Assembly (NCBI GenBank): GCA_964291265.2
Contig: OZ219747.1
Span: 3,104,001 to 3,168,000 of the forward strand
Direction: 5' to 3'
Length of the DNA stretch: 64,000 nucleotides
Source: Alphaproteobacteria bacterium
GTDB taxonomy: Bacteria; Pseudomonadota; Alphaproteobacteria; SP197
In this document: in pieces, positions 1 through 10,803 of the stretch
Layout of the letters: each line of letters starts with the position of its first letter
How positions within the stretch are numbered: the stretch's first letter is position 1
Notes under the pieces: generated by a model
The model's database searches: none
Told to the model about the DNA's origin: nothing
What the model saw: only the letters and a program-made list of their open reading frames with translations
Position numbers and translations under genes: made by a program

Positions 1-275
1 GGCCGGGCCTCATAGCTGCCCCTGGCATAGCCCGACCCGATCAGCGCCGGGTAGAGGAAGTCGCCGGCGCCGTCGCCCGTGAAGGGGCGCCCGGATGCGT
101 TGGCGCCCCTCAGACCCGGAGCGAGTCCCACCACCAGGAGGCGGGCATCCCGGGGTCCGAATGTGGGCACGGGGGCATTGAACCAGACCGGTTCCTTCTC
201 CCGCCAGGTATGGCGAAAGGCCATGAGACGCGGGCACAGGGGGCAGTCGGGCAGGGGCTCGCCAGCGGTCATCAT
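1..275 (-). CDS. Uracil-DNA glycosylase family protein (family 4/5-like), 5' part; runs off the window edge
   Basis: Not in the ORF track. Manual translation from the ATG at 275 gives MMTAGEPLPDCPLCPRL...LLVVGLAPGLRGANASGRPFTGDGAG, with a CxxC and the GLAPG...GRPFTGD UDG motif. Confidence 0.85.
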   Translation of the reverse strand, partial: MMTAGEPLPDCPLCPRLMAFRHTWREKEPVWFNAPVPTFGPRDARLLVVGLAPGLRGANASGRPFTGDGAGDFLYPALIGSGYARGSYEAR

Positions 276-355
276 GGCGCCTTGTCCTTGTCTGTGACGG
301 CACCTCGAACCCTTCGTCCGGAGCGAAGGCTTGCAGGTGCCCCATCGCTCTCTAT

Positions 356-916
356 ATGAAGTTTCCGCAGATGTCGGCAACCCTCTCCCGCCTCCAGGGC
401 GGCATATACATGGCGCTGGGCGCCAACCTCGCTTCGGTGATCGGGCCACCGCGGCGCACGCTCGAGGAGGCGCTGGCGCGGGTCCGCCGCGCCGGTGTGG
501 ACGTGCTCGGCGTATCGCCCTGGTACGAAACGCGGCCCATGGATGACCGAGACCAGCCCCGGTATGTCAACGGGGTTGCAGAGCTTGCCACGGAGCACGG
601 TCCGGAGGCCCTGCTCGAACTCCTTCACGACATCGAGGAGGGGCTCGGCCGCCAGCGTCGTCGGCGCTGGGAATCCCGCACGGTGGATCTCGACCTCATC
701 GACTACCGGGGCCTCGAGAGAGCGGACCGGCCTCCCCTTCTGCCGCATCCAGGCGCCGCCGAGAGGCTCTTCGTGCTGCTGCCGCTCCATGACGTGGCGC
801 CTCGGTGGAGACATCCGGTGACCGGGCAGCCGATCGATTGCCTCATCCGGGGGCTCCCCAGGCAGGCCGGCGACATCGAGCCTCTTGTCCCCGACTCTCG
901 GAAGGGCTTGTCATGA
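356..916 (+). CDS. folK: 2-amino-4-hydroxy-6-hydroxymethyldihydropteridine diphosphokinase
   Basis: IYMALGANL, YVNGV, RWESRTVDLDLI, LPHP and ERLFVL HPPK motifs; true start may be 371. Confidence 0.93.
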   Translation: MKFPQMSATLSRLQGGIYMALGANLASVIGPPRRTLEEALARVRRAGVDVLGVSPWYETRPMDDRDQPRYVNGVAELATEHGPEALLELLHDIEEGLGRQRRRRWESRTVDLDLIDYRGLERADRPPLLPHPGAAERLFVLLPLHDVAPRWRHPVTGQPIDCLIRGLPRQAGDIEPLVPDSRKGLS

Positions 917-936
917 GGGCGCGATGCTGGCATGTT
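908..936 (+). promoter_or_regulatory. Possible sigma70 promoter for rpoZ-spoT
   Basis: TTGTCA-N17-CATGTT upstream of rpoZ; weak -10 match. Confidence 0.3.
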
Positions 937-972
937 CGCAGCCCGCTCCCAGCTCCCACATCGAGGTGATGA

Positions 973-1338
973 ATGGCCCGATTGACCGTTGAAGACTGCA
1001 TCGAGCGCGTGAGCAACCGTTTCGAGCTGGTTCTCCTGGCCGCCCAGCGGGCCCGTGACCTGGGCAAGGGGGCGGAGCTGACTGTCGACAGGGACAACGA
1101 CAAGCATCCTGTCATCGCCCTGCGCGAGATCGCCGACGACACGATTTCGCTGGATTCGGTGCGCCGCAAGCTCGTCTACGGCAGCGAGACCGAAGAGGAC
1201 GAGAATGTCGAGAGCGCCGAGGAACTCGGCCTGGCGGCGGACAATCCACTGGACCGGGCCTTCGCCAATCTCGACCTTGACAGCGATCAGCACAACGAAG
1301 CCTGGGGCACCGGCATCGAAGACGGTTCCATCCGCTAG
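973..1338 (+). CDS. rpoZ: RNA polymerase omega subunit
   Basis: MARLTVEDC...[14 protein letters not shown]...[14 protein letters not shown]; lies upstream of spoT. Confidence 0.97.
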   Translation: MARLTVEDCIERVSNRFELVLLAAQRARDLGKGAELTVDRDNDKHPVIALREIADDTISLDSVRRKLVYGSETEEDENVESAEELGLAADNPLDRAFANLDLDSDQHNEAWGTGIEDGSIR

Positions 1339-1357
1339 AGGAGTGTGAGTCCGGACG

Positions 1358-3472
1358 ATGCTCCGGCAGTTCGAACTGGTCGAGCGGGTCAGGAGCTACG
1401 ACGACGGGGTCGACGAGGCGGCCCTCAACAGCGCCTACGTGTTCGCCATGGTCAAGCATGGTTCCCAGACACGCGACTCAGGCGATCCCTATTTCTCACA
1501 CCCCGTCGAGGTCGCCGGCATCCTTGCCGACATGAAGCTCGACAGCCAGTCCATCATCACGGGCCTGTTGCACGATACGATCGAGGATACCAGCACCACG
1601 CTCGAGGAAATCACCGACAGGTTCGGACCGCAGGTTGCCCAACTGGTCGACGGTGTCACCAAGCTCTCGCGCCTCGAGAGCCATGCCGAGGAAGGTCGGC
1701 GCACCATGGGCAACTACTCCAAGCTGTTCCTGGCCATGTCGGAGGACCTCCGCGTCCTCCTGGTCAAGCTGGCCGACCGGCTCCACAACATGCGCACGCT
1801 GCACCACGTGCGGCGGGTGGACAAGCGACTGCGCATTGCCCGGGAGACCATGGAGATCTATGTCCCCATGGCCGACCGGATCGGCATGCAGTGGCTCAAG
1901 GAGGAACTCGAGGATCTTGCCTTCAGCCACATCAACGCGGACGCCCGCAACTCCATCCTGGAACGCCTGCGTTTTCTGCGGCCGACCTCCAACCTTGCGC
2001 GGATCGAGCGCCATCTCGTGCGCGTGCTCGGGAAAGGCGGTCTCCAAGCCAGGGTCGACGGTCGGGAGAAGAAACCGCATGCCATCTGGCGCAAGATGCA
2101 GCGCAAGAACGTTTCTTTCGATCAGCTCTCGGATATCGTCGCATTCCGGGTGGTGGTCGCGCGGGATCCCGACTGTTATGCGGCGCTCGGTGTCATTCAT
2201 GGTGTCTGGCCGATGATTCCCGATCGCTTCAAGGACTACATCTCGACGCCGAAGCCCAATGGATACCGTTCCATCCATACGACGGTGCAGGGGCCCGAGG
2301 GCAAGCGTCTCGAGATCCAGATACGGACCCGGGACATGGATGAAGTCGCCGAGTACGGAGTCGCCGCCCACTGGAGCTACGCCGCCGGCGAGGATCGCGC
2401 CTCGGCAAGCGAGGGCAGCCAGTACCAGTGGGTGCGCCAGCTTCTGGATTCCATCAAGAGCACCTCGGATCCCGAGGAATTCATCAAGAACACCAAGCTG
2501 CAACTCTTCCAGGACAGGGTGTACTGCTTCACGCCCAAGGGCGAACTCCATGAAATGCCCCGCCATGCGACGCCTGTCGACTTTGCCTACGCCATCCACA
2601 CGAGGATCGGGGATACCTGTGTCGGCGCCAAGATCAACGGTGTACCCAAGCGACTCGACACGGTCCTGCAGAATGGTGACCAGGTCGAGATCATGCGGTC
2701 GCGCTACGCTTCACCCAATCCACTGTGGGCGCGATTCGTCGTCACCGGGCGTGCCCATTCACGGATTCGGCGTCACATCCGCATCAAGGAGCGCGGTGAG
2801 TACATCCGGCTGGGTCGGGCCATCTTGCAGCAGACATGCGCCTCGTTGCGTCGCCTGGCCGACGACGACCTTCTCGGGAAGGTCTCGGAGGCGTTGGGCA
2901 AGCGCACGACGGATGATCTCCTCGAGGCCGTAGGCCGTGGCGAGGTCACCAGCGAGAGAATTCGTCGACTCCTGACGTCGAAACGCTCGCCATCGCGCAA
3001 ACGGTTCCAGTCGTCGGGCAAGCATGCCGTCTCGATCGACGGACTGACCCCCGGAATGGCTGTGCACCATGCCGAGTGCTGCCACCCGCTTCCCGGTGAC
3101 CGCATCGTCGGCATCGTCGAGACCGGCAAGGGGGTTGCCATCCACACCATCGACTGCGACACCCTGCAGAAACACGAGAACTCGATCGAGGAATGGCTCG
3201 ATGTCTCGTGGTCTCCCGACGGCGCCGCTCCCGAACACTACGTCGGGCGCATCGCCGTTGACGTCATCAACCAGCCTGGAGCCCTTGGCGAAATCACCAC
3301 CGCGATCGGCAATCAGGACGCCAACATCACCAACCTGAAGATCAATGCGCGCACGGCCGATTTTTTCGGCATGCTCATTGACCTCGAGGTCCATGACGTC
3401 CATCACCTGACATCCATCATCGCCGCCCTGCGGTCGATCGCGATCGTCACGGACATCTCCAGGGCTCCCTGA
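1358..3472 (+). CDS. spoT: Bifunctional (p)ppGpp synthetase/hydrolase (Rel/SpoT)
   Basis: HD domain (LLHDTIED), KLADRLHNMRT, FKDYISTPKPNGYRSIHT, TGS domain, CCHPLPGD, C-terminal ACT domain. Confidence 0.97.
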   Translation: MLRQFELVERVRSYDDGVDEAALNSAYVFAMVKHGSQTRDSGDPYFSHPVEVAGILADMKLDSQSIITGLLHDTIEDTSTTLEEITDRFGPQVAQLVDGVTKLSRLESHAEEGRRTMGNYSKLFLAMSEDLRVLLVKLADRLHNMRTLHHVRRVDKRLRIARETMEIYVPMADRIGMQWLKEELEDLAFSHINADARNSILERLRFLRPTSNLARIERHLVRVLGKGGLQARVDGREKKPHAIWRKMQRKNVSFDQLSDIVAFRVVVARDPDCYAALGVIHGVWPMIPDRFKDYISTPKPNGYRSIHTTVQGPEGKRLEIQIRTRDMDEVAEYGVAAHWSYAAGEDRASASEGSQYQWVRQLLDSIKSTSDPEEFIKNTKLQLFQDRVYCFTPKGELHEMPRHATPVDFAYAIHTRIGDTCVGAKINGVPKRLDTVLQNGDQVEIMRSRYASPNPLWARFVVTGRAHSRIRRHIRIKERGEYIRLGRAILQQTCASLRRLADDDLLGKVSEALGKRTTDDLLEAVGRGEVTSERIRRLLTSKRSPSRKRFQSSGKHAVSIDGLTPGMAVHHAECCHPLPGDRIVGIVETGKGVAIHTIDCDTLQKHENSIEEWLDVSWSPDGAAPEHYVGRIAVDVINQPGALGEITTAIGNQDANITNLKINARTADFFGMLIDLEVHDVHHLTSIIAALRSIAIVTDISRAP

Positions 3473-3557
3473 GCGAACCAAGGGTTGAAGGATCATTGCG
3501 ACAGTCATCACCACTGCGCGCAGCCGCGCCACGGACAACCATCGTCATCTCCCGAGG

Positions 3558-4496
3558 GTGCGACCGGTGAAGGCGGCGCTTCGGGCCGTCATGACCCGGC
3601 TGACAGGGGGCCGCCCCGGGGGAGGAGCCTCGTCGGTCCTGCGGATGGTCATGGCCGTGCCGCTGCTTCCGTTCAGCCTGATCGGCCTTCTGCTGAGGCC
3701 GCTGGAGTGGCTCCTCAAGGTGGTGTTCAGTCCTCTGGAACGCCTGCTTCCCGCCGGCCTGAGGGGTGACGAGGGGATGGTCGGCACCGTCAAGACCATG
3801 GTCTATGCGGTCATCATTGCCCTCGCCGTGCGCACGCTGGCCTACGAGCCCTTCAACATTCCCTCGGGTTCCATGAAACCCACCCTGCTGGTTGGGGATT
3901 ACCTGTTTGTCTCGAAGTTCTCCTACGGCTACAGCGACTATTCCCTGGGATTCGGCACCGACCTCGGACTGCTTGACGGACGCCTGTTCGAAGGCGAACC
4001 GCAACGCGGGGACGTCATCGTGTTCCGCCAGCCGACGGACACCTCGGTGGACTTCATCAAGCGGCTGGTGGGTCTCCCCGGCGACCGTATTCGCATGATC
4101 GACGGTGTCCTCCACGTCAACGGCATGGCAGTCATCCTGGAAGAGGATTCCGTCTTCGAGGACCGCTCGTGTTCGTCGTCAAGGCCCATCGAACGCCAGA
4201 CCGAGACCTTGCCGAACGGAGCGCGTCACAGTGTTCTCAACATCACGGACAGTGGACGGCTCGACAACACGCCCGAGTACGTGGTGCCGCAGGACCACTA
4301 CTTCATGATGGGAGACAACCGAGACAGTTCGAACGACAGCAGGGTCACGCATCTCGTCGGATTCGTGCCAAGGGAGAATCTCATTGGCCGCGCCGAGTTT
4401 CTCTTCTTCTCCACGGACGGCTGCGGCTCGCTCATCAATCCCCTGTCGTGGCCGACATCGATTCGCTGGGAACGCCTGTTCCGGTCGCTCTCATGA
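3558..4496 (+). CDS. lepB: Signal peptidase I; start codon uncertain, N-terminal extension
   Basis: PFNIPSGSMKPTLLVGD, FIKRLVGLPGD, MMGDNRDSSNDSR. Confidence 0.94.
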   Translation: MRPVKAALRAVMTRLTGGRPGGGASSVLRMVMAVPLLPFSLIGLLLRPLEWLLKVVFSPLERLLPAGLRGDEGMVGTVKTMVYAVIIALAVRTLAYEPFNIPSGSMKPTLLVGDYLFVSKFSYGYSDYSLGFGTDLGLLDGRLFEGEPQRGDVIVFRQPTDTSVDFIKRLVGLPGDRIRMIDGVLHVNGMAVILEEDSVFEDRSCSSSRPIERQTETLPNGARHSVLNITDSGRLDNTPEYVVPQDHYFMMGDNRDSSNDSRVTHLVGFVPRENLIGRAEFLFFSTDGCGSLINPLSWPTSIRWERLFRSLS

Positions 4497-5170
4497 GCGC
4501 GGGGTCCGGCGAACTCGAGACCATCCTCGGGCATGCCTTCACCGACGGGAGTCTCCTCGGACGGGCCGTGACCCACCGCAGTGCCGCGTGCGCGGCCGAC
4601 GGCCACGGCTATCAGCGCCTCGAGTTTCTGGGTGACCATATCCTGGGCGCCATCATCGCCACCATGGTTTTCCACGACCGCGCGGAAGCGTCCGAGGGGG
4701 AGCTGACGAGGCGCTACGCGAAACTGGTTGCCAACCAGACCCTCGGCGACATCGCACTGGAGCTGGGGATTGACCGCTTCGTCGTGATGGGCCCGCACGA
4801 GAGAAAGGGCGGCATGCGGCGCAACGCCTCGATTCTTGCGGACGTCATCGAGGCCTTGATCGGCGCCCTCTACCTCGATGCCGGCTATGCCGTCGCCGAG
4901 ACCTTCGTGCGCCGCTGCTGGCAGACACGCCTGCGTCTGGAAGGCGGCAGCGGTCGCGACGACAAGACCCGTCTCCAGGAATGGGCGCTGAAACAGGGTC
5001 TTGCGCTCCCCGAATACCGGGTGGTCGACAAGACCGGGCCGGACCACGCACCGCTCATCACCGTGGAAGTGCGCATCGAGGGTCTTGCCGGCGTCAAGGC
5101 GAGCGGGCGCACCAGGCGGGCTGCGGAACAGCTGGCTGCCGCTGCGGTTCTCGTGGACGCGGCGCAGTGA
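4493..5170 (+). CDS. rnc: Ribonuclease III
   Basis: QRLEFLGD signature, LADVIEALIGALYLD, C-terminal dsRBD (KTRLQEW...GPDH); ATGA overlap with the lepB stop. Confidence 0.95.
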   Translation: MSAGSGELETILGHAFTDGSLLGRAVTHRSAACAADGHGYQRLEFLGDHILGAIIATMVFHDRAEASEGELTRRYAKLVANQTLGDIALELGIDRFVVMGPHERKGGMRRNASILADVIEALIGALYLDAGYAVAETFVRRCWQTRLRLEGGSGRDDKTRLQEWALKQGLALPEYRVVDKTGPDHAPLITVEVRIEGLAGVKASGRTRRAAEQLAAAAVLVDAAQ

Positions 5171-6063
5171 CAGGGGAACGGTGCGGCCATGCGGTCATCC
5201 TCGGGGCACCGAACGCCGGAAAGTCGACCCTCGTCAACACGCTGGTGGGGGCCAAGGTCTCGATCGTCACCCACAAGGTGCAGACCACCCGAGGGCGCGT
5301 CACCGGCATCTGCAATGTCGGGCGGACGCAGATCGTGCTTGTCGACACGCCAGGCATCTTCCAGCCCGGGAAACGCCTGGAGCGCGCCCTGGTCAAGACG
5401 GCGTGGAGCGGCGCCGCGGATGCCGATGCCACACTGCTTGTGATCGATGCGCAGCGCGGCCTCGACGCCGCCGCGACATCCATTCTCTCCCGCCTGACCC
5501 GGCACAGGCGTGTGCTGTGCGCCATCAACAAGATCGACCTGGTGCCGCGCGACGCGCTCCTGCCTCTTGCCGGGCGCATCGCAAGGCATGAGGTGGTCGA
5601 GGAGATCTTCTATGTTTCGGCCCTCAGCGGTGACGGTGTCAACGACGTTGTCGATGCCCTTGCCGAAAGGCTGCCGGTCCAGCCGTGGCTGTTTCCAGAG
5701 GGCCATTCGAGCGACCAGCCGCCAGCCCGCCTTGCCGCCGAGATCACGCGCGAGAAGCTGTTTGTCAGGGTCCACCAGGAGCTTCCCTACGAACTCTCCG
5801 TGGAGACCGAGCTGTGGACCGACATTCCCGAGGAGGATGCCGTCAGGATCGACCAGGCGATCTACGTGGCGCGGCGCGGCCACAAGCCCATCATCCTGGG
5901 CCGCAACGGCCGCACCGTCCGCGAGGTCGGCAAGGCGGCGCGACGGGAACTCGAGACGCTGCTGGACTGCCGGGTGCATCTCTTTCTCCACGTCAAGGTG
6001 CGGACCGGCTGGCTCGACGATCCTGCGCGATACCGGGAGATCGGCCTCGAGTTCCCGGGTTGA
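5167..6063 (+). CDS. era: GTPase Era
   Basis: GAPNAGKST, QTTR, DTPG, NKID, C-terminal KH domain; GTG start overlaps the rnc stop. Confidence 0.96.
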   Translation: MTGERCGHAVILGAPNAGKSTLVNTLVGAKVSIVTHKVQTTRGRVTGICNVGRTQIVLVDTPGIFQPGKRLERALVKTAWSGAADADATLLVIDAQRGLDAAATSILSRLTRHRRVLCAINKIDLVPRDALLPLAGRIARHEVVEEIFYVSALSGDGVNDVVDALAERLPVQPWLFPEGHSSDQPPARLAAEITREKLFVRVHQELPYELSVETELWTDIPEEDAVRIDQAIYVARRGHKPIILGRNGRTVREVGKAARRELETLLDCRVHLFLHVKVRTGWLDDPARYREIGLEFPG

Positions 6064-6068
6064 CGGCG

Positions 6069-6821
6069 ATGGAATGGCACGACCGCGCCATCGTCCTCGG
6101 GGTGCGCCCGCACGGCGAGACCTCCGTGGTCGCCACATTGCTGACGGCCAGCCACGGGCGCCATGCAGGTTTCGTGAAGGGAGGTCGCGGCCGCCGTCAT
6201 GCCGGGGTGCTGCAGACCGGCAACATCGTTGCTGCGCGCTGGCGCGCCCGCCTGGTCGACCAACTCGGGACCCTTGTCATCGAGCCCGAGGAAGCCGTGG
6301 CGTCAACCCTGCTGGAAGATCCCTTGCGCCTTGCCTGCCTTGCCAGCGCCTGCGCGCTTGCCGAAAGGACACTCGCCGAACGCCTCCCCTGCGAGGCGCT
6401 GTTCACGGCCACGGAGGTGCTGGCGCGGCAATTGCGACGGAACGCCAGTCACTGGGACGCCGCCTATGTCAGGTGGGAGATCGGGCTGCTCGATGTCCTG
6501 GGGTACGGACTTGATCTCGAGAGCTGTGCGCTGACCGGGGCCACCGAGGAGCTCGTCTGGGTGTCGCCGCGCAGCGGTCGCGCGGTCTCGGCGGCAGCGG
6601 GAGAGCCGTGGAGGGACAAGCTGCTCGATCTTCCGGGATTTCTGGTCGGTGCGCCGGGATCCCGGCCGGTCGACATTCTCGCCGGCCTCAGATTGACCGG
6701 GCACTTCTTCGAGCGCCATGTCCTGGCCGGGGAAAGAACCGGCCTGCCTCCGGCACGACAACGTCTTGTGGAACTCCTCCCTGGACACTCCACCACATGT
6801 AGTGGCACCATGACGTCATGA
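6069..6821 (+). CDS. recO: DNA repair protein RecO
   Basis: [17 protein letters not shown]..., [24 protein letters not shown]; follows era. Confidence 0.93.
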   Translation: MEWHDRAIVLGVRPHGETSVVATLLTASHGRHAGFVKGGRGRRHAGVLQTGNIVAARWRARLVDQLGTLVIEPEEAVASTLLEDPLRLACLASACALAERTLAERLPCEALFTATEVLARQLRRNASHWDAAYVRWEIGLLDVLGYGLDLESCALTGATEELVWVSPRSGRAVSAAAGEPWRDKLLDLPGFLVGAPGSRPVDILAGLRLTGHFFERHVLAGERTGLPPARQRLVELLPGHSTTCSGTMTS

Positions 6822-9040
6822 CCGAGAGGGAACATGGTGGCGCCATCGAGGTCGTCGGTCTGGCCGATGCGCTCACGGAACGCTATCTCGCCTACGCCAT
6901 GTCGACCATCACGTCGCGCTCGCTGCCTGACGTCAGGGATGGCCTCAAACCCGTCCATCGGCGGATTCTCTATGCCATGCGTCAGCTCCGCCTCGACCCG
7001 GCCGAGGGATTCAAGAAGTCGGCGCGCGTGGTGGGCGATGTCATCGGCAAGTACCATCCCCACGGCGACCAGGCCATCTACGAGGCGCTCGTGCGCCTCG
7101 CCCAGGATTTCGCGGCGCGCTATCCGCTCATCGACGGTCAGGGCAACTTCGGCAATGTCGATGGCGACAATGCCGCCGCGATGCGCTACACCGAGGCACG
7201 CCTGACCGATGTGGCGGTGGCCCTGCTCGAAGGCCTCGACGACGATGTCGTCGACTTTCGCGAAACCTACGACGGTTCGGATTCGGAACCGGTGGTTCTG
7301 CCATCGCGTTTCCCCAATCTTCTGGCCAACGGCGCCAGCGGCATCGCCGTGGGCATGGCGACGAGCATTCCGCCCCACAACGTCGCCGAGCTGTGTGCGG
7401 CGCTGATCCACCTCGTCGAGACTCCCGAGGCCTCCGTTTCGGACCTCGTGACGATGGTGAAGGGACCGGACTTTCCCACCGGCGGCCAGATCGTGGACGA
7501 CCCCGACATGATCCGCGAGGCCTATGAAACGGGCCGGGGATCGTTTCGCATCAGGGCGCGCTGGTCGATCGAGAAGCAGGCCCGGGGCACCTGGCGAATC
7601 GTCGTGACCGAGATGCCGTTCCAGGTTCAGAAGTCGCGTCTGGTCGAACGCATCGCCGAACTCGTCGAGGCCCGCAAGCTGCCCTTGCTGGAGAGCGTGA
7701 GCGACGAATCGACCGAAGATGTCCGCCTCGTCCTGCAACCCAGGAACCGTTCCGTGGATCCTGTCATCCTGATGGAGTCCCTGTTCCGCGTCACGGACCT
7801 GGAGTCGCGCTTCGCGCTCAACATGAACGTGCTCGACGCCTCCGGCATCCCCGGGGTCATGGACCTCAAGCGCGTGCTGACCGCCTTCATCGCTCACCGG
7901 CGTACGGTTCTGGTGCGCCGGTCACGCAACCGTCTCGCCGCCATCGCGCGCCGTCTGGAGATCCTCGAGGGGCACCGCATCGTCTTTCTCAATCTCGACG
8001 ACGTGATTCGCATCATTCGCGACGAGGACGATCCGGCCGCCGCGCTGGCCCGGCGTTTCGCTCTCACCGAGGTCCAGACCGAGGCCATACTCAACATGCG
8101 CCTGCGCTCCCTGCGCCGTCTCGAGGAGATGAGAATCGCCAGGGAGAGAAAGGAACTGAAGGCGGAAGGGGACGATCTTCGACACCTGCTGGATTCGGAA
8201 GACAGGAAGAAGGAGGCGTTGAGGGCCGAGTTCACCGACATCGCCCGCCAGTTCGGGGAGGAGAGCGGGATGGGCAGGCGGCGCACCGACCTTGGCAGCC
8301 CGCCACCGGTCGAGGACATTCCGGTTGATGCCACGGTGCACCGGGAGGCCGTCACGGTGGTCCTCTCCGACAGGGGCTGGATCCGCGCTGCCAGGGGCCA
8401 TGGCGATCAGGTGGGCGATCTGCGCTTCAAGGAAGGCGACCGCGAGAGGCTGCGTCTCGAGGCATGGACGACGGACAGGCTTCTCATCCTTGCCACCGAC
8501 GGCAAGTTCTTCACCCTTGCCTGCGAGAGGTTGCCTGCAGCGAGGGGTTTCGGCGACCCGCTGCGACTCATGCTCGACATGGGCAACGATGTCGACGTGG
8601 CCGCCATGACGGTGTTTCGGGGTGGCCGCAGGTTCCTCGTGGCGTCTTCCGGCGGCAAGGGGTTCGTGGTCGGCGAGGATCTCGTGGAGTCCCGCAAGAA
8701 GGGAGGCAAGCAGGTGCTGTCGCCCGCCGTCGGCGACGAGGCGATGGTGCTGAAGGTCGTCGAGGGCGACCACGTGGCAGTCGTCGGCGAGAACGGCAGG
8801 TTGCTCGTGTTCCCGCTCCGCGACGTGCCGGAGCAGGCGAGGGGTGCGGGCGTCATCCTGCAGCGCTACCGGGCGGGGGGCCTCTCGGATGCGACGGTCT
8901 TCGCGCTCGAGGAAGGTCTGTCCTGGCAATCAGGCACCCGCACCCGCACGCAGCATGATCTTGCGCGATGGCTCGGCAAGCGCGGTCAGGCAGGCCAGCC
9001 CGCTCCCGCCGGCTTTTCGCGGACCAACCGGTTCAGTTGA
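6818..9040 (+). CDS. parC: DNA topoisomerase IV subunit A
   Basis: [16 protein letters not shown] and AAMRYTE (catalytic Tyr); 740 aa, no GyrA box seen; recO-parC order typical of Alphaproteobacteria. Confidence 0.92.
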   Translation: MTEREHGGAIEVVGLADALTERYLAYAMSTITSRSLPDVRDGLKPVHRRILYAMRQLRLDPAEGFKKSARVVGDVIGKYHPHGDQAIYEALVRLAQDFAARYPLIDGQGNFGNVDGDNAAAMRYTEARLTDVAVALLEGLDDDVVDFRETYDGSDSEPVVLPSRFPNLLANGASGIAVGMATSIPPHNVAELCAALIHLVETPEASVSDLVTMVKGPDFPTGGQIVDDPDMIREAYETGRGSFRIRARWSIEKQARGTWRIVVTEMPFQVQKSRLVERIAELVEARKLPLLESVSDESTEDVRLVLQPRNRSVDPVILMESLFRVTDLESRFALNMNVLDASGIPGVMDLKRVLTAFIAHRRTVLVRRSRNRLAAIARRLEILEGHRIVFLNLDDVIRIIRDEDDPAAALARRFALTEVQTEAILNMRLRSLRRLEEMRIARERKELKAEGDDLRHLLDSEDRKKEALRAEFTDIARQFGEESGMGRRRTDLGSPPPVEDIPVDATVHREAVTVVLSDRGWIRAARGHGDQVGDLRFKEGDRERLRLEAWTTDRLLILATDGKFFTLACERLPAARGFGDPLRLMLDMGNDVDVAAMTVFRGGRRFLVASSGGKGFVVGEDLVESRKKGGKQVLSPAVGDEAMVLKVVEGDHVAVVGENGRLLVFPLRDVPEQARGAGVILQRYRAGGLSDATVFALEEGLSWQSGTRTRTQHDLARWLGKRGQAGQPAPAGFSRTNRFS

Positions 9041-9098
9041 CGCCGGGTGGCCGGGCCGGAATACTCGAAGGACGGAACCTCATCCCCGCTGAGAAGAA

Positions 9099-9686
9099 AT
9101 GCCACGGCGCCATCACCATCCCCCCTCCGCCATGGCCCTGCGCGTCGCCGCTCTCGAGCAGCTGCTGACGGACAAGGGTTACTGTGATCCCGACACGATC
9201 GATCGACTCGTGGAGCTCTACGAGACCAGGGTCGGGCCGCACCATGGCGCCAGGGTGGTGGCGCATGCGTGGAGTGACGCCGCCTTCCACGAACGCCTCC
9301 TCGCGAACGCCTCGCACGCCATGGCGGGGCTCGGCATATCGGGCATGCAGGGCGAGAACATGGTGGTCGTGGAAAACACGTCCCATGTCCACAACGTGGT
9401 CGTCTGTACCCTGTGTTCGTGCTATCCGTGGCCCGTCCTCGGCCTGCCGCCGCGCTGGTACAAGAGCGAGCCCTACCGGGCGCGCGTCGTGCGTGAGCCA
9501 CGGGCCGTGCTGACCGAGATGGGGTGTGACGTGGCGGACGACGTGGAGGTCCGCGTCTGGGACTCGAGTGCGGACCTGCGCTACATGGTCCTGCCGCAGC
9601 GTCCTCCAGGCAGCGACGATCTCACCCGCGAGGAGCTTGCCGGTCTCGTGACGCGCGATGGCATGATCGGCGTGGCCAGAGTATGA
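9099..9686 (+). CDS. nthA: Nitrile hydratase alpha subunit, Co-type
   Basis: [10 protein letters not shown] metal-binding motif (Thr/Tyr pattern of cobalt enzymes), [10 protein letters not shown]. Confidence 0.95.
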   Translation: MPRRHHHPPSAMALRVAALEQLLTDKGYCDPDTIDRLVELYETRVGPHHGARVVAHAWSDAAFHERLLANASHAMAGLGISGMQGENMVVVENTSHVHNVVVCTLCSCYPWPVLGLPPRWYKSEPYRARVVREPRAVLTEMGCDVADDVEVRVWDSSADLRYMVLPQRPPGSDDLTREELAGLVTRDGMIGVARV

Positions 9687-9696
9687 CGAGAGCGCC

Positions 9697-10380
9697 ATGG
9701 ACGGCATTCACGACATGGGCGGCATGATGGGTTTCGGCGTCGTCGCGCATCAGACGGACGAGCCACTGTTCCATGACGACTGGGAGAGGGTGGCCTTCGG
9801 ACTTCTCCTTCAGGCATCGGGGAGGGTCGGCTTCTCGGATGATCACCTGCGCGCCCACATCGAGCGCATACCGCCTCTGGCCTACCTCCAGGCAAGCTAC
9901 TACGAGCGCTGGATCCGCGCGCTGGAGTCCTTTCTGGAGGAACGCGGACTCCTGTCATCGGCCGCCGTCGAGGCCTGCATGGCCGGAATGGCCGGACCGA
10001 CACGCCCCGCCGGCGGCAGGGGCGCCACTCTCGACGACATCGAGGAGGCCGTGGCAGGAGGGGCATCGACGCGGCGCGATGGCGCCGGAACGCCGGCGCG
10101 ATTCCGTTCCGGTGACCGGGTGCGGGTCCTCAACGAGCACCCGTGCCATCATACCCGTGCTCCGCGCTACACGAGGGGACGCATCGGCGAGGTCGTCCGT
10201 GATCATGGTGTCTTCGTGTATCCCGACACCCATGCCCGTGACCTCGGCGAGTGTCCGGAACACTGTTACACGGTGACGTTCGGGGCTCACGAACTGTGGG
10301 GTGCGCACACACCCCTGTCGGATGTCGTCAACGTCGACCTCTACGAGTCCTATCTCGAGGCGGTCGACCCACCCGCCTGA
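9697..10380 (+). CDS. nthB: Nitrile hydratase beta subunit
   Basis: MDGIHDMGGM N-terminus, SYYERW, HTRAPRYTRG, VDLYESYLE. Confidence 0.95.
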   Translation: MDGIHDMGGMMGFGVVAHQTDEPLFHDDWERVAFGLLLQASGRVGFSDDHLRAHIERIPPLAYLQASYYERWIRALESFLEERGLLSSAAVEACMAGMAGPTRPAGGRGATLDDIEEAVAGGASTRRDGAGTPARFRSGDRVRVLNEHPCHHTRAPRYTRGRIGEVVRDHGVFVYPDTHARDLGECPEHCYTVTFGAHELWGAHTPLSDVVNVDLYESYLEAVDPPA

Positions 10381-10803
10381 GGGATGCACGCGGGGATGCG
10401 TCATGGTGCTCCGGGACAGCGACAACTCACCGACGAGGTTGCCGTGATCGTGTCATGCTGAATTCCGATCACTGCCCGCCCCTGCTGACCATGGATTGAT
10501 GGCCCGCGGCGCAGGGCGCCACGGAGCGGGGCCTCGCGTTGGCGGACCCGTACGTGACGGCGGAACCTGCCTGCCTGCTCGACGATGCGCCGGCCGGCAG
10601 GAGACGACGGGGGCGATCGACGCGGTGTGCGTTTCGGCCCGGCAACCGGCCCCGACCATCCTCGATCGCCCGGTCCCCGGCGCTGCCGGGCGCGGCACGT
10701 GTTGCGGCCAGCCCGCGGACGGGTTATGGATTGCATCGATGGGATCGTTGCGCTCTTGCGGGCGTGGCGGCCTGGACTGCGCGACGGCGGGAGGACGAGC
10801 ATC

